This document shows, piece by piece, positions 9,465 to 19,137 of a stretch of 45,740 bases of DNA. Position 1 is the first letter of the stretch. Each line of letters begins with the position of its first letter. The position numbers were made by a program, and so were the translations under genes. Source of the DNA: an uncultured archaeon (GTDB taxonomy: Archaea; Asgardarchaeota; Lokiarchaeia; Sigyniarchaeales; SOKP01); assembly GCA_964388035.1 (NCBI GenBank), contig CAYLZE010000034.1, positions 1 to 45,740 on the forward strand. The letters run 5' to 3'. Under the pieces are notes generated by a model. It did no database searches. It was not told the origin of the DNA and worked only from the letters and a program-made list of their open reading frames with translations.

Positions 9465-11621
9465 ATGATTTTAAAAAATAATAAAAAAGAAGACTTCATA
9501 TTAAAGGCAATTTCTCTGGACACGGGTGGAACGATGACTGACTCGTTTATTATTGATAGCGAAGGATCTTTTACCATAGGGAAGGCACAGACAACACCAT
9601 ATAATGAAATCGAAGGAATAATCAATTCAATAAACGATGCCTTAAGTCTGTATAAAACGACTTTGGATGAAGCAGGTAAATCCGTAGAAGCACTTGTCTA
9701 TTCTGGGACTGCAATGTTAAATAGACTTTTAGAAAGGGAAGGGAATAGCAATATTGGAATCATCGTGAATGCTGGTTTTGAAGATCTTCTGCGATTAGGA
9801 CGAGCGTTGCAATGCTGGATGTGGTTAGATTATGGGGGTCGCTTGCATGCCAGAGAACACGAACATCCTAAACCGCTTATCCCAAGAGAGCAAATTAAAG
9901 GTGTAAGAGGTAGAATCAATTTTTTACGGGAAGAAATTGTTCCTCTTTATAAAAAGGAAGCAGAACGTGCTGTAGAAGAATTGCTTGATATGGGGGTAGA
10001 TAGCATCTGTGTATGTCTATTATACGCTTATTTGAATCCTCGTCATGAGAAAATGGTAGAAAGAATTGCTAAAAAAATTATGAAGAAAAAAGGCGTGGAG
10101 ATTCCCATTATATTATCATGCGAACACAATCCTGTCCGCGGAGAGACACCGAGATTAAATTCTCTCGTTATCGAGCAATATGCCGTAGAACCTTCGAGAA
10201 AACAATTAATAAATATCGCAAATGCGATTAAAGAAAAGGGAATACCTACACCTTTACGAGTTCTTACATCGTATGGTTCCACCATAAGCCCATTTCATAA
10301 AAGTCTCATTCCTACCATGGTATCTGGCCCTATTGGGGGATTAATCGGATGCAAATTTCTCGCAGAAAAGTTAGGAATAAAAAATCTCGTATCTTCGGAT
10401 GTGGGAGGTACGAGCTTCGATGTGGGTCTTTTAATGGAAAAATATGTGCCAACAAAATGGGAAAGTTCAATGGGACAATTTATTTTGAACGTTCCGATGA
10501 TTAGCCTAAATGCTATTGGAGCCGGAACCGGCATGTTTTTAAAATATAATGAGGTATCGGGACGACTGGAATTTGGACCCGAGAGTGCTGGTTACCGAAT
10601 AGGCGTGAGTAACGAAAAGTCAGGTGTAGAAAGGGTTACCATCACAGATTGCAGTTTGATCTTAGGTTATCTAAATCCCGATAATTTTCTTGGGGGTAGG
10701 ATTCCATTAAATAAATCGCGTGCGTTGAAATATATTGAAAAGCAAATTGCGAATCCCTTCAATGTTGATCCATTTGATGCTGCCAGAGGTGCGATTGACC
10801 TCGTAGAAATTAGCATGAGAAACCACTTGAATAGCATGATTCAAGGGTTAGGATTTAGGCCCGAAAATTATACATTAATTTCATTTGGAGGAGGAGGACC
10901 CTTACATGTTGCAGGATATAGCAGGGATATGAATTTTGAAAATGTGCTCATCCCCGAATGGGCGGCTGCGTTTTCAGCTTTCGGATGTAATTGCGCGGAT
11001 CATGGATATCGATACGAAAAGTCGGTAGACTTAGTAATAGCTCCTGATGGAAGTCTTAATAAGAGTGTTATAATGATGCTAAATGCAACTTGGTCCGATC
11101 TGAAAAAAGACATCATTAAGGAGTTTGAAAGGGAAGACCGGGACTCAGGAGATATAGAATTTAAACTTTCATTAAGAATTCAATATCTAGGAATGCTTGA
11201 CGATTTGGAAGTTGATTCGCCTTCCTCCAACATCAATGAGGATGATCTAAAGATGATAACAAAAAATTATAATGAGTTTTTTGAAAGGATCTTCCATAAA
11301 GGGACTTCAAGTCCAGAATTAGGATATCATATACCTAAGGCAATAGCTACCGGAATTGTTCCTCTACCTAAACCAAAATTGCCAGAATATAGTATTGGAA
11401 GCGACACACCGGATGAGAATGCTTTGAAAGAGCATAGGGAAATATATTGGGATAATTCTTGGCATGATGCCCGAATTTGGGAAATGGAATTATTAAAATC
11501 AGGGAATAAGATCAATGGTCCTGGGGTGATAGAAGCTCCTGCTACTACCTTGTTGGTACCACCTGGTTTTACTGTAGATTTGGATAAACATAGAATATTT
11601 CAAATGAAGCACGTGAGGTGA
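9465..11621 (+). CDS. acxA: Acetone carboxylase-like beta subunit (hydantoinase/oxoprolinase A family, ATP-binding)
   Basis: ASKHA motifs LDTGGTMTD and SDVGGTSFD, plus YSGTAMLNRL, SGPIGG, GPESAG and GGGGPLH. First gene of a beta-alpha-gamma cluster. Confidence 0.88.
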   Translation: MILKNNKKEDFILKAISLDTGGTMTDSFIIDSEGSFTIGKAQTTPYNEIEGIINSINDALSLYKTTLDEAGKSVEALVYSGTAMLNRLLEREGNSNIGIIVNAGFEDLLRLGRALQCWMWLDYGGRLHAREHEHPKPLIPREQIKGVRGRINFLREEIVPLYKKEAERAVEELLDMGVDSICVCLLYAYLNPRHEKMVERIAKKIMKKKGVEIPIILSCEHNPVRGETPRLNSLVIEQYAVEPSRKQLINIANAIKEKGIPTPLRVLTSYGSTISPFHKSLIPTMVSGPIGGLIGCKFLAEKLGIKNLVSSDVGGTSFDVGLLMEKYVPTKWESSMGQFILNVPMISLNAIGAGTGMFLKYNEVSGRLEFGPESAGYRIGVSNEKSGVERVTITDCSLILGYLNPDNFLGGRIPLNKSRALKYIEKQIANPFNVDPFDAARGAIDLVEISMRNHLNSMIQGLGFRPENYTLISFGGGGPLHVAGYSRDMNFENVLIPEWAAAFSAFGCNCADHGYRYEKSVDLVIAPDGSLNKSVIMMLNATWSDLKKDIIKEFEREDRDSGDIEFKLSLRIQYLGMLDDLEVDSPSSNINEDDLKMITKNYNEFFERIFHKGTSSPELGYHIPKAIATGIVPLPKPKLPEYSIGSDTPDENALKEHREIYWDNSWHDARIWEMELLKSGNKINGPGVIEAPATTLLVPPGFTVDLDKHRIFQMKHVR

Positions 11622-11627
11622 AAAAAG

Positions 11628-13841
11628 TTGAATAAAAATATTGGATGGAATAATAAAACCTTAAAGCAAATGTTAGAAGTGAGCGAAAACTTATTAGAAG
11701 AAACTAATACCTATTATGGGTTAAAAACTCTCGAATTAAAAAATAAAAATCCGTTTCGGTATGAACGTGCTTTTGCAAATCTAAGAGGTGGTTTAGTATC
11801 TGCCCGGGAAACTGCTCTACATGTTTCAGCATCCCCGATTGTGAGAGAAATCGGAGAATTGTGTTTCGGTCTATATACTCCAGAAGGAGATGCTATAGCC
11901 GTGTCTACCGGTATCATGATCCACGTACATACTATGAGCGAAGCTATTAAGTTTATGATAAGGAATAATTATGAAATGGATCCGGGCATTCAACTGGGCG
12001 ATATTTTTCTCAACAACGATCCTGATTGTGGTAATGTTCATACTACTGATGTTCAGACGCTAATTCCTATCTTCTGGGAAGACGAGCTAATTGGATGGGC
12101 GGGTGGTGTGACGCACGAATTAGACATTGGTGGCATTACTCCCGGTCATACGCTTGTTGCTGCCGTTCAAAGATTTGATGATGGCATTTATTATACTTGC
12201 AGAAAAATAGGGTCAAATGATAAAATCTGGAATGACCACCTCATAAATGCGATGAGAGGCACGAGAATGCCCTTATATTGGGAATTGGATGAAAAATGTA
12301 GATTAGCAGGAGATATGATGATAAGAGATGCCGTATTGGAATTTATAAAAAAAGAGGGAATTGATTACTACAAAGGATTCATTCGGGAAACCATAGAAGA
12401 AGGGAGGAATATATTTAAAAAGCGGGTGAAAGAACGGCTTATCCCGGGCAGATATAGAGCCGCTTCATTTATCGATGCTCCCATTAAAAAAGAAGCGTGG
12501 AGACCCATGGCTAAAATCGATAAAGTCGCAAATCAACCCATCGAAATCATTGTAAAAGATGATGGTACATTGCGGTTATCTTTTGATGGAGCGAATAAAG
12601 CAGACAATTCGCCATTTAATTGCGGGATAGGAGCGATGTCTGGCGGTCAATGGGTGTTACTCACTCAAGTGCTAATTTATAGAGATAAAGTCAATGATGG
12701 CGCTTATTATGCGATTGAAAAGGATTATCCTAAAGGTACGTGGGCGAATCCCGGAAATCCCTTGCTCTCTTATCAAAATCCTTGGGGGACTTTAATTCCA
12801 GCTTATACGGGGATGATGAAATGTCTCTCTTATGGATTTTTTTCCCGGGGATTTAGAGAAGAAGTAGTTCCAGGGTATGGAATGACAGGCGATAGTATTC
12901 AAGGCGGAGGTATGTTTTCTAAAGGTCTGGCAAAAGGAACCAGATGGTCATTATCCACCTTTGAAATCAGCGGACAGGGACTTGGTGCGAGTGCTGTCAA
13001 GGATGGCCTTGATTGGGGATATGCAATGTGGAATCCGGAAGCAGATCTTGGGGATGTTGAAACCTGGGAATTATTACAAGGGGGAATTCCTTATCTCGCA
13101 CGGCGAGTTAAACCTAATACTGCTGGTTATGGCAAGTATAGAGGTGGTGCGAATTATGAAGGAATTGCTTTTATTTATAATTCAGAAGATGTGGAATTTT
13201 TTGGTGCCCGAGAAGGCCTCTGCTTTCATGGCTGTGGAGGAATGCATGGCGGATATCCTCAATCCACCGGATACCGACTCTATGCTAAAAATACCAACTT
13301 AGAAGAAATATTCAAAAATCAGCAAGAATACCCTCTCGGAGACTCGAATCCAGAAGATGGAGAATTTGAAAAAATGATAAAGGGGGAAATCATAAGAAAG
13401 CCGTATTGTCTTCTTTATCCCATAAGCTTGGAAAACTATGACTTGATTCACTTTTCAATGAGTGGAGGACCAGGATATGGGGATCCTCTGGAAAGAAAAG
13501 AAGAAGCCCTTAAGGTGGACTTGAAGGAGGGCATATATACGGAGAAAATCGTCAATAATGTTTTTGGCATTGTTGCTGAATTTAATGAGGATAAAAAGGA
13601 ATGGATGATAAACGAGGAAGCAACTATGAAAAGACGAGAAGAACTTAGAATGGAGAGACAAGAACAATCCGTGTCTTTTGAAGAATATTGGAAAGAAGAG
13701 CGAGAACGAATCCTCAATGGAAGTTATCATGAAGCGGTTACACTCATGTATCATGAAAGCTTTGACTTATCGCAAAAGTTTGCTAAAGAATTTAGGAAAT
13801 TTTGGAATCTACCCGAAAATTTTAATTTTGAGGTGAAATAA
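11628..13841 (+). CDS. acxB: Acetone carboxylase-like alpha subunit (hydantoinase B family, metal-binding)
   Basis: SASPIVREIGELCFGLY, STGIMIHVHTM, GNVHTTD and GVTHELD metal-ligand motifs, WNPEADLGDVETWE, GYGKYRGG and GGPGYGDPLER. TTG start after a GAGGTGA Shine-Dalgarno. Confidence 0.9.
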   Translation: MNKNIGWNNKTLKQMLEVSENLLEETNTYYGLKTLELKNKNPFRYERAFANLRGGLVSARETALHVSASPIVREIGELCFGLYTPEGDAIAVSTGIMIHVHTMSEAIKFMIRNNYEMDPGIQLGDIFLNNDPDCGNVHTTDVQTLIPIFWEDELIGWAGGVTHELDIGGITPGHTLVAAVQRFDDGIYYTCRKIGSNDKIWNDHLINAMRGTRMPLYWELDEKCRLAGDMMIRDAVLEFIKKEGIDYYKGFIRETIEEGRNIFKKRVKERLIPGRYRAASFIDAPIKKEAWRPMAKIDKVANQPIEIIVKDDGTLRLSFDGANKADNSPFNCGIGAMSGGQWVLLTQVLIYRDKVNDGAYYAIEKDYPKGTWANPGNPLLSYQNPWGTLIPAYTGMMKCLSYGFFSRGFREEVVPGYGMTGDSIQGGGMFSKGLAKGTRWSLSTFEISGQGLGASAVKDGLDWGYAMWNPEADLGDVETWELLQGGIPYLARRVKPNTAGYGKYRGGANYEGIAFIYNSEDVEFFGAREGLCFHGCGGMHGGYPQSTGYRLYAKNTNLEEIFKNQQEYPLGDSNPEDGEFEKMIKGEIIRKPYCLLYPISLENYDLIHFSMSGGPGYGDPLERKEEALKVDLKEGIYTEKIVNNVFGIVAEFNEDKKEWMINEEATMKRREELRMERQEQSVSFEEYWKEERERILNGSYHEAVTLMYHESFDLSQKFAKEFRKFWNLPENFNFEVK

Positions 13842-14333
13842 ATGAGCAACCAAGATGAAACATTACTAGAAAAAATGTTGGATGGAGACTTATCTTGGAA
13901 TGAATTACTCCCTATCATTCAAGATGATAAAGATCCCCATCGTTTTGAAAAAATCCTTAAAATCTTACAAAATCGTGTCCCTTGGAAAGAAAAAATTCTT
14001 TTACCACTCCATGAGCATTTATACGTGGTAGAGAAAAACGGAGAGAGAATTGTCAAATGCGATTGCGGTCAGGAATTTGGGGATTATAGAAATAATTGGA
14101 AATTAAAATGCAAGGTTCGAATCAGAAACACCATCGAAGCAATCAATGAATTATATCCTAAATACATGGGTTCTGATCCCGAGTGGGAGATCTTGAGAGA
14201 ATATTTCTGCCCTCAATGTTTTACGCTACTTGATACGGAAGCGGTACCTCCGGGATATCCCCCGATTTTTAATTTCTTACCGGATATCGATGCATTTTAT
14301 GAGAAATGGATGAAAAATCCAGATAAAAAATGA
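13842..14333 (+). CDS. acxC: Acetone carboxylase-like gamma subunit (Zn-binding)
   Basis: KCDCGQEFGDYRNNWKL and REYFCPQC (CxC...CxxC), plus EAVPPGYP and FLPDIDAFY. Directly abuts the acxB stop. Confidence 0.9.
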   Translation: MSNQDETLLEKMLDGDLSWNELLPIIQDDKDPHRFEKILKILQNRVPWKEKILLPLHEHLYVVEKNGERIVKCDCGQEFGDYRNNWKLKCKVRIRNTIEAINELYPKYMGSDPEWEILREYFCPQCFTLLDTEAVPPGYPPIFNFLPDIDAFYEKWMKNPDKK

Positions 14334-14336
14334 AAC

Positions 14337-14345
14337 TTTTTTTTT
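14337..14345 (+). terminator. Oligo-T tract after acxC (possible archaeal terminator or attenuation point before the SDR)
   Basis: T9 run 3 nt after the stop codon. Confidence 0.4.
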
Positions 14346-14411
14346 AATATTATTATGTGTTTTGAATCAATAAATTATTAAATATGAGGATAACAAATAA
14401 ATTGATGCAAA

Positions 14412-15290
14412 ATGAACGATTTTAAAGATAAAATTGCGGTAATCACGGGTGGTGCAAGCGGAATCGGGAAAGGATTAGCAGAAAAATGTCTTAGTAAGGG
14501 AATGAAAGTCGTACTAGCAGATATTCAAAAAGGAGCTTTAAACACTGCAACCGAAGAATTACAATCCAAAGGAGGCACTGTCATAAGCGTTTTAACTGAT
14601 GTTTCTAACCCGGATCACGTGAAAAATTTAGCTCAAAAAACTTATAATGAATTTGGAAGGATTCATTTATTATTTAATAATGCAGGTGTTTATTTAACTA
14701 AACCCTTGTGGGATCTAAGTATTGCCGATTGGAAGTGGGTATTGGGAGTGAATTTGTGGAGCGTGATAAATAGTACTAATATATTCGTTCCATTGATGCT
14801 TAACCAAGAGGAAAACTCCCATATTATTAACACGGCTTCCTTAGCAGGAATGTTACCCGGAGGAGGTATATATGGAATGACTAAACACGCGATCATCTCC
14901 CTTACGGAATCATTATATTTTGAATTAGAACAAATTAAGGCGAAAATTAAAGTATCGGTTGTCTGTCCGTGGTATGTAAATACCTCCATTTCAAAAAGTG
15001 AGAATTATAGACCATCAGAGTTGAAGAATAATTTGTCCGTGGATGCGTCTACTACACCTCAGTCAGATAAGAAAGAAAAAGAACATTCAAGAATCATGAA
15101 GCGTTTTGAACGAAGTATCGCAAATGGAATATCGTGTGAGGAATTAGCGAATGCTATATTCGATGGAATTATCAAGGAATCCTTCTTTATAATACCTCAG
15201 CAGAGAACGTGGTGGCAAGATATCCTGAAGTCTGAATTGGATTGTATATTAGAAGGAAAAAATCCCGAACTAAGACCCACTGCTTTATGA
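14412..15290 (+). CDS. Classical short-chain dehydrogenase/reductase
   Basis: TGGASGIG, NNAG, catalytic Ser (TASLAG) and YGMTK (YxxxK). Confidence 0.92.
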   Translation: MNDFKDKIAVITGGASGIGKGLAEKCLSKGMKVVLADIQKGALNTATEELQSKGGTVISVLTDVSNPDHVKNLAQKTYNEFGRIHLLFNNAGVYLTKPLWDLSIADWKWVLGVNLWSVINSTNIFVPLMLNQEENSHIINTASLAGMLPGGGIYGMTKHAIISLTESLYFELEQIKAKIKVSVVCPWYVNTSISKSENYRPSELKNNLSVDASTTPQSDKKEKEHSRIMKRFERSIANGISCEELANAIFDGIIKESFFIIPQQRTWWQDILKSELDCILEGKNPELRPTAL

Positions 15291-15643
15291 AGATATTCAA
15301 ATTAAAGAAGTAAACACCTGATGAATCTATTTGATATCATCTATGAAAAAGCATTTAGTACCAAATGATCCATTCCATCTTAATTTTTTTTTATATCAAA
15401 TGTTTAGAGCAAAATAGGTATACATTTTTATTTTTCAGAAGTTATGTATGCAAATAATAGTATAAATTTAACGAGATTAATTGTAATGAGAAATTTAATA
15501 ACATACAATTATAATTCGTTTTTTATTAATCATGCTTAAGCTATTAAGATTGTGCAAATGATATAAAAAAATATTTAAATATGATAAATAAGAATTAATC
15601 ATTATAATTAGATTAAAAATTATTTTTAGGAGATTAGTAAATC

Positions 15644-16381
15644 ATGGCAATCAATCAAGTTGAGATGATACAATTCATCATTCTCTTAATAAATTCCCTT
15701 TTAAATATCCTATTATCAATTAGAATAATAATAAGATATTTCTCTACTAAAGTTAAAGAATTAATTTACGTGGGAGTAGCTTTTTTCTTATCTGGGATAT
15801 TATATGATGCTGCTCTTATTAATTTCTTCAAGGTTCTCTTAGTAGGAAGCCCAATCGATACTACATATATCATTGTCTGTTTAGTCTTATTTCCGTTTTT
15901 TCTATTCAGTTGGATCCTGGCTTTTACTGAATTAGTGTATAAGGGGAAGAAAATAGTAATATTGGCAACATTAATCTTCATAATAGTTTTTGAGATAATA
16001 GTAGCTGTAATATTATTAAACCCTGCTCAATCTTTAATACATTTGGATAATGATTTATTTTTCATTTGGACTCCCTTGGTCACCATATATATAACTGCTT
16101 TCTTCGTTGTGTTTGTCATTACGGCCATAATATTCAGTTTAAAAGCACGGCAGAGTGATAAGAAGCATATCAGATTAAAAGGGACCTTCATCCTTCTGGC
16201 GATTATTACTTCTATTTTCGGTTTTATAATTGAGACCGTTTTAATAGCTCTCGAGTTTTATATTATAGCAAGAGTCTTACACATTACCGCCATTTTCTTA
16301 TATTATTTTGGGTTCTTAATGCCAAAATGGGTTAGGAAGCTTTTTCACGTTGAAGCAGTAGAAGAAGTAGCTTCCACTTGA
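15644..16381 (+). CDS. Seven-transmembrane protein of unknown function
   Basis: Seven hydrophobic segments, C-terminal YYFGFLMPKW, AGGAG Shine-Dalgarno. Paralogous to the pseudogene at 27569-28300. Confidence 0.75.
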   Translation: MAINQVEMIQFIILLINSLLNILLSIRIIIRYFSTKVKELIYVGVAFFLSGILYDAALINFFKVLLVGSPIDTTYIIVCLVLFPFFLFSWILAFTELVYKGKKIVILATLIFIIVFEIIVAVILLNPAQSLIHLDNDLFFIWTPLVTIYITAFFVVFVITAIIFSLKARQSDKKHIRLKGTFILLAIITSIFGFIIETVLIALEFYIIARVLHITAIFLYYFGFLMPKWVRKLFHVEAVEEVAST

Positions 16382-16605
16382 AATTAAATTCTTTTTATTA
16401 TTATTTAATATTAAATTTTTAATTGTCTCTCCTCCATTCTTAGATGTAATTAGAATTCTTTTTTGTTAAATAAATAATTACTATCAATTTGACCTTATTT
16501 TAATAGATTAAACTCCAAAATATCTCTATGAATTCCTAAGGATTCTGAAAAAAAGAGTGCAATCAATTAAATATCTTTTAAACACTCAATTTGATTATAA
16601 TAACT

Positions 16606-16629
16606 TTGGACATCCAACCTATTTATAAA
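16606..16629 (+). promoter_or_regulatory. Perfect operator palindrome TTGGA-CA-TCCAA plus TATA box (TTTATAAA, 16622-16629)
   Basis: Read directly, with the same 4-nt spacing as the other three sites. Confidence 0.75.
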
Positions 16630-16751
16630 TATGTAAAACATTTTTAAACTGTTGGTGATATATATTAATTAGAACTTAATAGTTATCAAAAATAAAACGC
16701 AAGATTGTGCACTTTAATATAAATAAAATAAAAAAAATAATAGGAATTTTA

Positions 16752-18986
16752 ATGGCAACAAACCAAATTATGAATATAAGTAAAGATGGGGCTAAACTCA
16801 TCAAGCTTGTTATTGAACCTAATGGATGGCAAGGCTACGGAATATACGAACCCATTTTTTTCACAGTAGTACCCGTTTGGAATGATGGAATTTCTGACTT
16901 AGATTGTAGAAGAGCGGGAGATCTTCCTGAATGGACGGTAAGTGATTATGGTTATATTGAGGGAATTAGGATGGATGGTGCTATTGATTCCAACCTTGTA
17001 TCCTGTGGACCAAGAGATAAAAAAATCCAAGGAAGAGCAGAATCGAAAGAGGATAAAGGAAAAATCATACGCTATGGTAGTGTTTTAATAAAATTAGAAG
17101 AAACACGGGGGAGAACGATTTTATATCGTTCTGGTCATGGCGGAGGGATTGGCAAAGTAACCGTATCATATGGAGGACTTTCCACTTCTGTTGTAGTGAA
17201 GGGTTCGGAGGAAGTAGGTTCTACTCTACCTCAAGATTATCTTTATCTTGTTGATTTAGAAAAAGTATCCACTCATGAACAGAGCGATGAACAAGAAGTG
17301 GTTATAGATCTGAAGGAAGTAAATAATCAAGCAAAAAAATTCACGAATAACTTAAAGCACGAGAAAATCAGAAGAGAAGCGCATGCACTTTCAGAAAAGT
17401 TAGAAAAATATATTCGGGATTGGATGGATGGAAAAGTACCTGCCAGACTTCCTCGTGGTTTATTACCAGCGGGGATAGATAATTATAAATCAAAAGATTG
17501 GACTTTATGCAATATAGAGGAAATTACTCCCGAAGAACAATGGGGTATTAGACCCGCCCATAGTGTTGAAACGGATTATTCAAAGCTTTATTTTTTCTCT
17601 CCTGAACCAAATTGTACTTATTCTCTAATCATTTTCACGGCTCCTTTCGGTTCTAAGCTTGTTTTTGAGGGAGAATTTCCTCACTGTCGCTTTATGAGCA
17701 TTCAAGTTTCTCCTCCTTTCGATTCAAAATATCCTCTTACGGGAGGTATTGGGGCTGCCGAAGTTCCCATAGTGGATGTAGACATTGAGCCTTTACCGGG
17801 TAATGTTAACCCTTTTCGCCTAAATGCTGATAGGAAAGCAACAAAACGAAGTTATCAAGTAGAATTCGAGATGGGAGAGGGAAATGCAGTTGAACTCAAT
17901 CCAACTCTTATGGTCCCTCCCAATTATCGGGCGCCATCCAGCACGAGGCGGATAGCTGGCCCTTTTAACTTTTCAGGATTTATTGGGGATGGAAAATTTC
18001 TTCCTGCCATAGTATGGATGAGATATTATGCCCCAGATAATGGTTTTGGTCCTTTAGGGGGTGTTCGCTTACCTAAAGCTCATTTTGAGCTTTCTACCGG
18101 CGAAAAGTTTTGGCTTAAATGCGATTCTTCTCTTGGTTTTTTAAGAGCCAATACCGTTGTTCCTGGCTTTAGAACAGCTCCTTTAGAACCACCAAAAGCG
18201 TGGGGTCCTTCCTTAGGATGGTTGAAAATGTATGGGCTTCATCTTATTTATGTAGAAGGAATGGCTATCCAAGCGATTCCTGAAGATTCTTCCTCCTTGG
18301 TGCAGTCCGTTGCACGTAAACGCGTACGGAATTATGATAAATACATGTGGAATAGAGGTCCAGTGGCTCCTCCTCCGGGAAATTTTGAAAGTTCCTGCAC
18401 GTGTTGTCCATATATTAGTTATCTTACTAGGAGAGCCATGCTGGGACATGGAAAAGTATATGTCATGACGGGCAAACTTCCAAAAACACCTAAAACCCTT
18501 AATGGAAATCCAGTATTTACGGGCGGGGAAGCTCGGTACTGGTCCATATCTCGTTGTCACGAGTCACCTGATTATATCTTCCCTGCAATTAATTATGGGA
18601 CGTTAAACGATGAAGAGTTAATTTTAGACTCTGAAAATCACTATATAATTTGTTACTCAAGAAAAGAAGATCGTCCGAAGAATGCCAATGCAGAAAACGG
18701 GATAACATGGCAAGCATGGGGACCAGATGCCACAAACTATTTAACAATTCGATGGATGAGCGTCTCCCCAGATCATATTTTGCCCGAACATGTTCCAAAT
18801 GAGATTAACGTACCTTGGAAAGTGGGTGCTTGGTCTCAAAAAGAATTTGATAAGACAATTCTTAGTCAAAATCAGCCCGGATTACTAGGACCCTATCATC
18901 CCATACTACATTACATGATAAAGGAGGAATTTGAAGCACTTGGAAATGAAATAACCCCTAAAAAGTTCCCAAAATGGACAGTGTAA
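16752..18986 (+). CDS. Large hypothetical protein; possible N-terminal Ig-like domain and DUF1254/DUF1214-like core
   Basis: Long ORF (the track starts at GTG 16707; ATG 16752 is more likely). Motifs PEPNCTY, GEFPHCRFMSIQ and EARYWSI; N-terminal FTVVPVWNDG...WTVSD...VTVSYGGLSTSVVV is Big_2-like. The family call is tentative. Confidence 0.6.
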   Translation: MATNQIMNISKDGAKLIKLVIEPNGWQGYGIYEPIFFTVVPVWNDGISDLDCRRAGDLPEWTVSDYGYIEGIRMDGAIDSNLVSCGPRDKKIQGRAESKEDKGKIIRYGSVLIKLEETRGRTILYRSGHGGGIGKVTVSYGGLSTSVVVKGSEEVGSTLPQDYLYLVDLEKVSTHEQSDEQEVVIDLKEVNNQAKKFTNNLKHEKIRREAHALSEKLEKYIRDWMDGKVPARLPRGLLPAGIDNYKSKDWTLCNIEEITPEEQWGIRPAHSVETDYSKLYFFSPEPNCTYSLIIFTAPFGSKLVFEGEFPHCRFMSIQVSPPFDSKYPLTGGIGAAEVPIVDVDIEPLPGNVNPFRLNADRKATKRSYQVEFEMGEGNAVELNPTLMVPPNYRAPSSTRRIAGPFNFSGFIGDGKFLPAIVWMRYYAPDNGFGPLGGVRLPKAHFELSTGEKFWLKCDSSLGFLRANTVVPGFRTAPLEPPKAWGPSLGWLKMYGLHLIYVEGMAIQAIPEDSSSLVQSVARKRVRNYDKYMWNRGPVAPPPGNFESSCTCCPYISYLTRRAMLGHGKVYVMTGKLPKTPKTLNGNPVFTGGEARYWSISRCHESPDYIFPAINYGTLNDEELILDSENHYIICYSRKEDRPKNANAENGITWQAWGPDATNYLTIRWMSVSPDHILPEHVPNEINVPWKVGAWSQKEFDKTILSQNQPGLLGPYHPILHYMIKEEFEALGNEITPKKFPKWTV

Positions 18987-19034
18987 TAAATAAATTAATT
19001 TTTTTTATTTTCATTTTAATGATATAAATAATTA

Positions 19035-19058
19035 TTGGACTTCCAAAATATTTATATA
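19035..19058 (+). promoter_or_regulatory. Perfect operator palindrome TTGGA-CT-TCCAA plus TATA box (TTTATATA, 19051-19058)
   Basis: Read directly, with the same 4-nt spacing as the other three sites. Confidence 0.75.
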
Positions 19059-19137
19059 GGATTGAATCGTTAAATATACCAATAATAATCGTTTTTAGAG
19101 ATTCTTAAAAATTAAAAAATCAAAGGTTTAATTAAAA

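Noticed and set aside
9465-13841. 5-oxoprolinase/hydantoinase call for the two large subunits
   Set aside because: The adjacent gamma subunit and Acx-type motifs (YSGTAMLNR, SPIVxExGELCF, WNPExDxG) favour the acetone carboxylase family.
15644-16381. Rhodopsin call for the 7TM protein
   Set aside because: There is no retinal-binding Lys motif (DxxxK or SxxxK) in helix 7.
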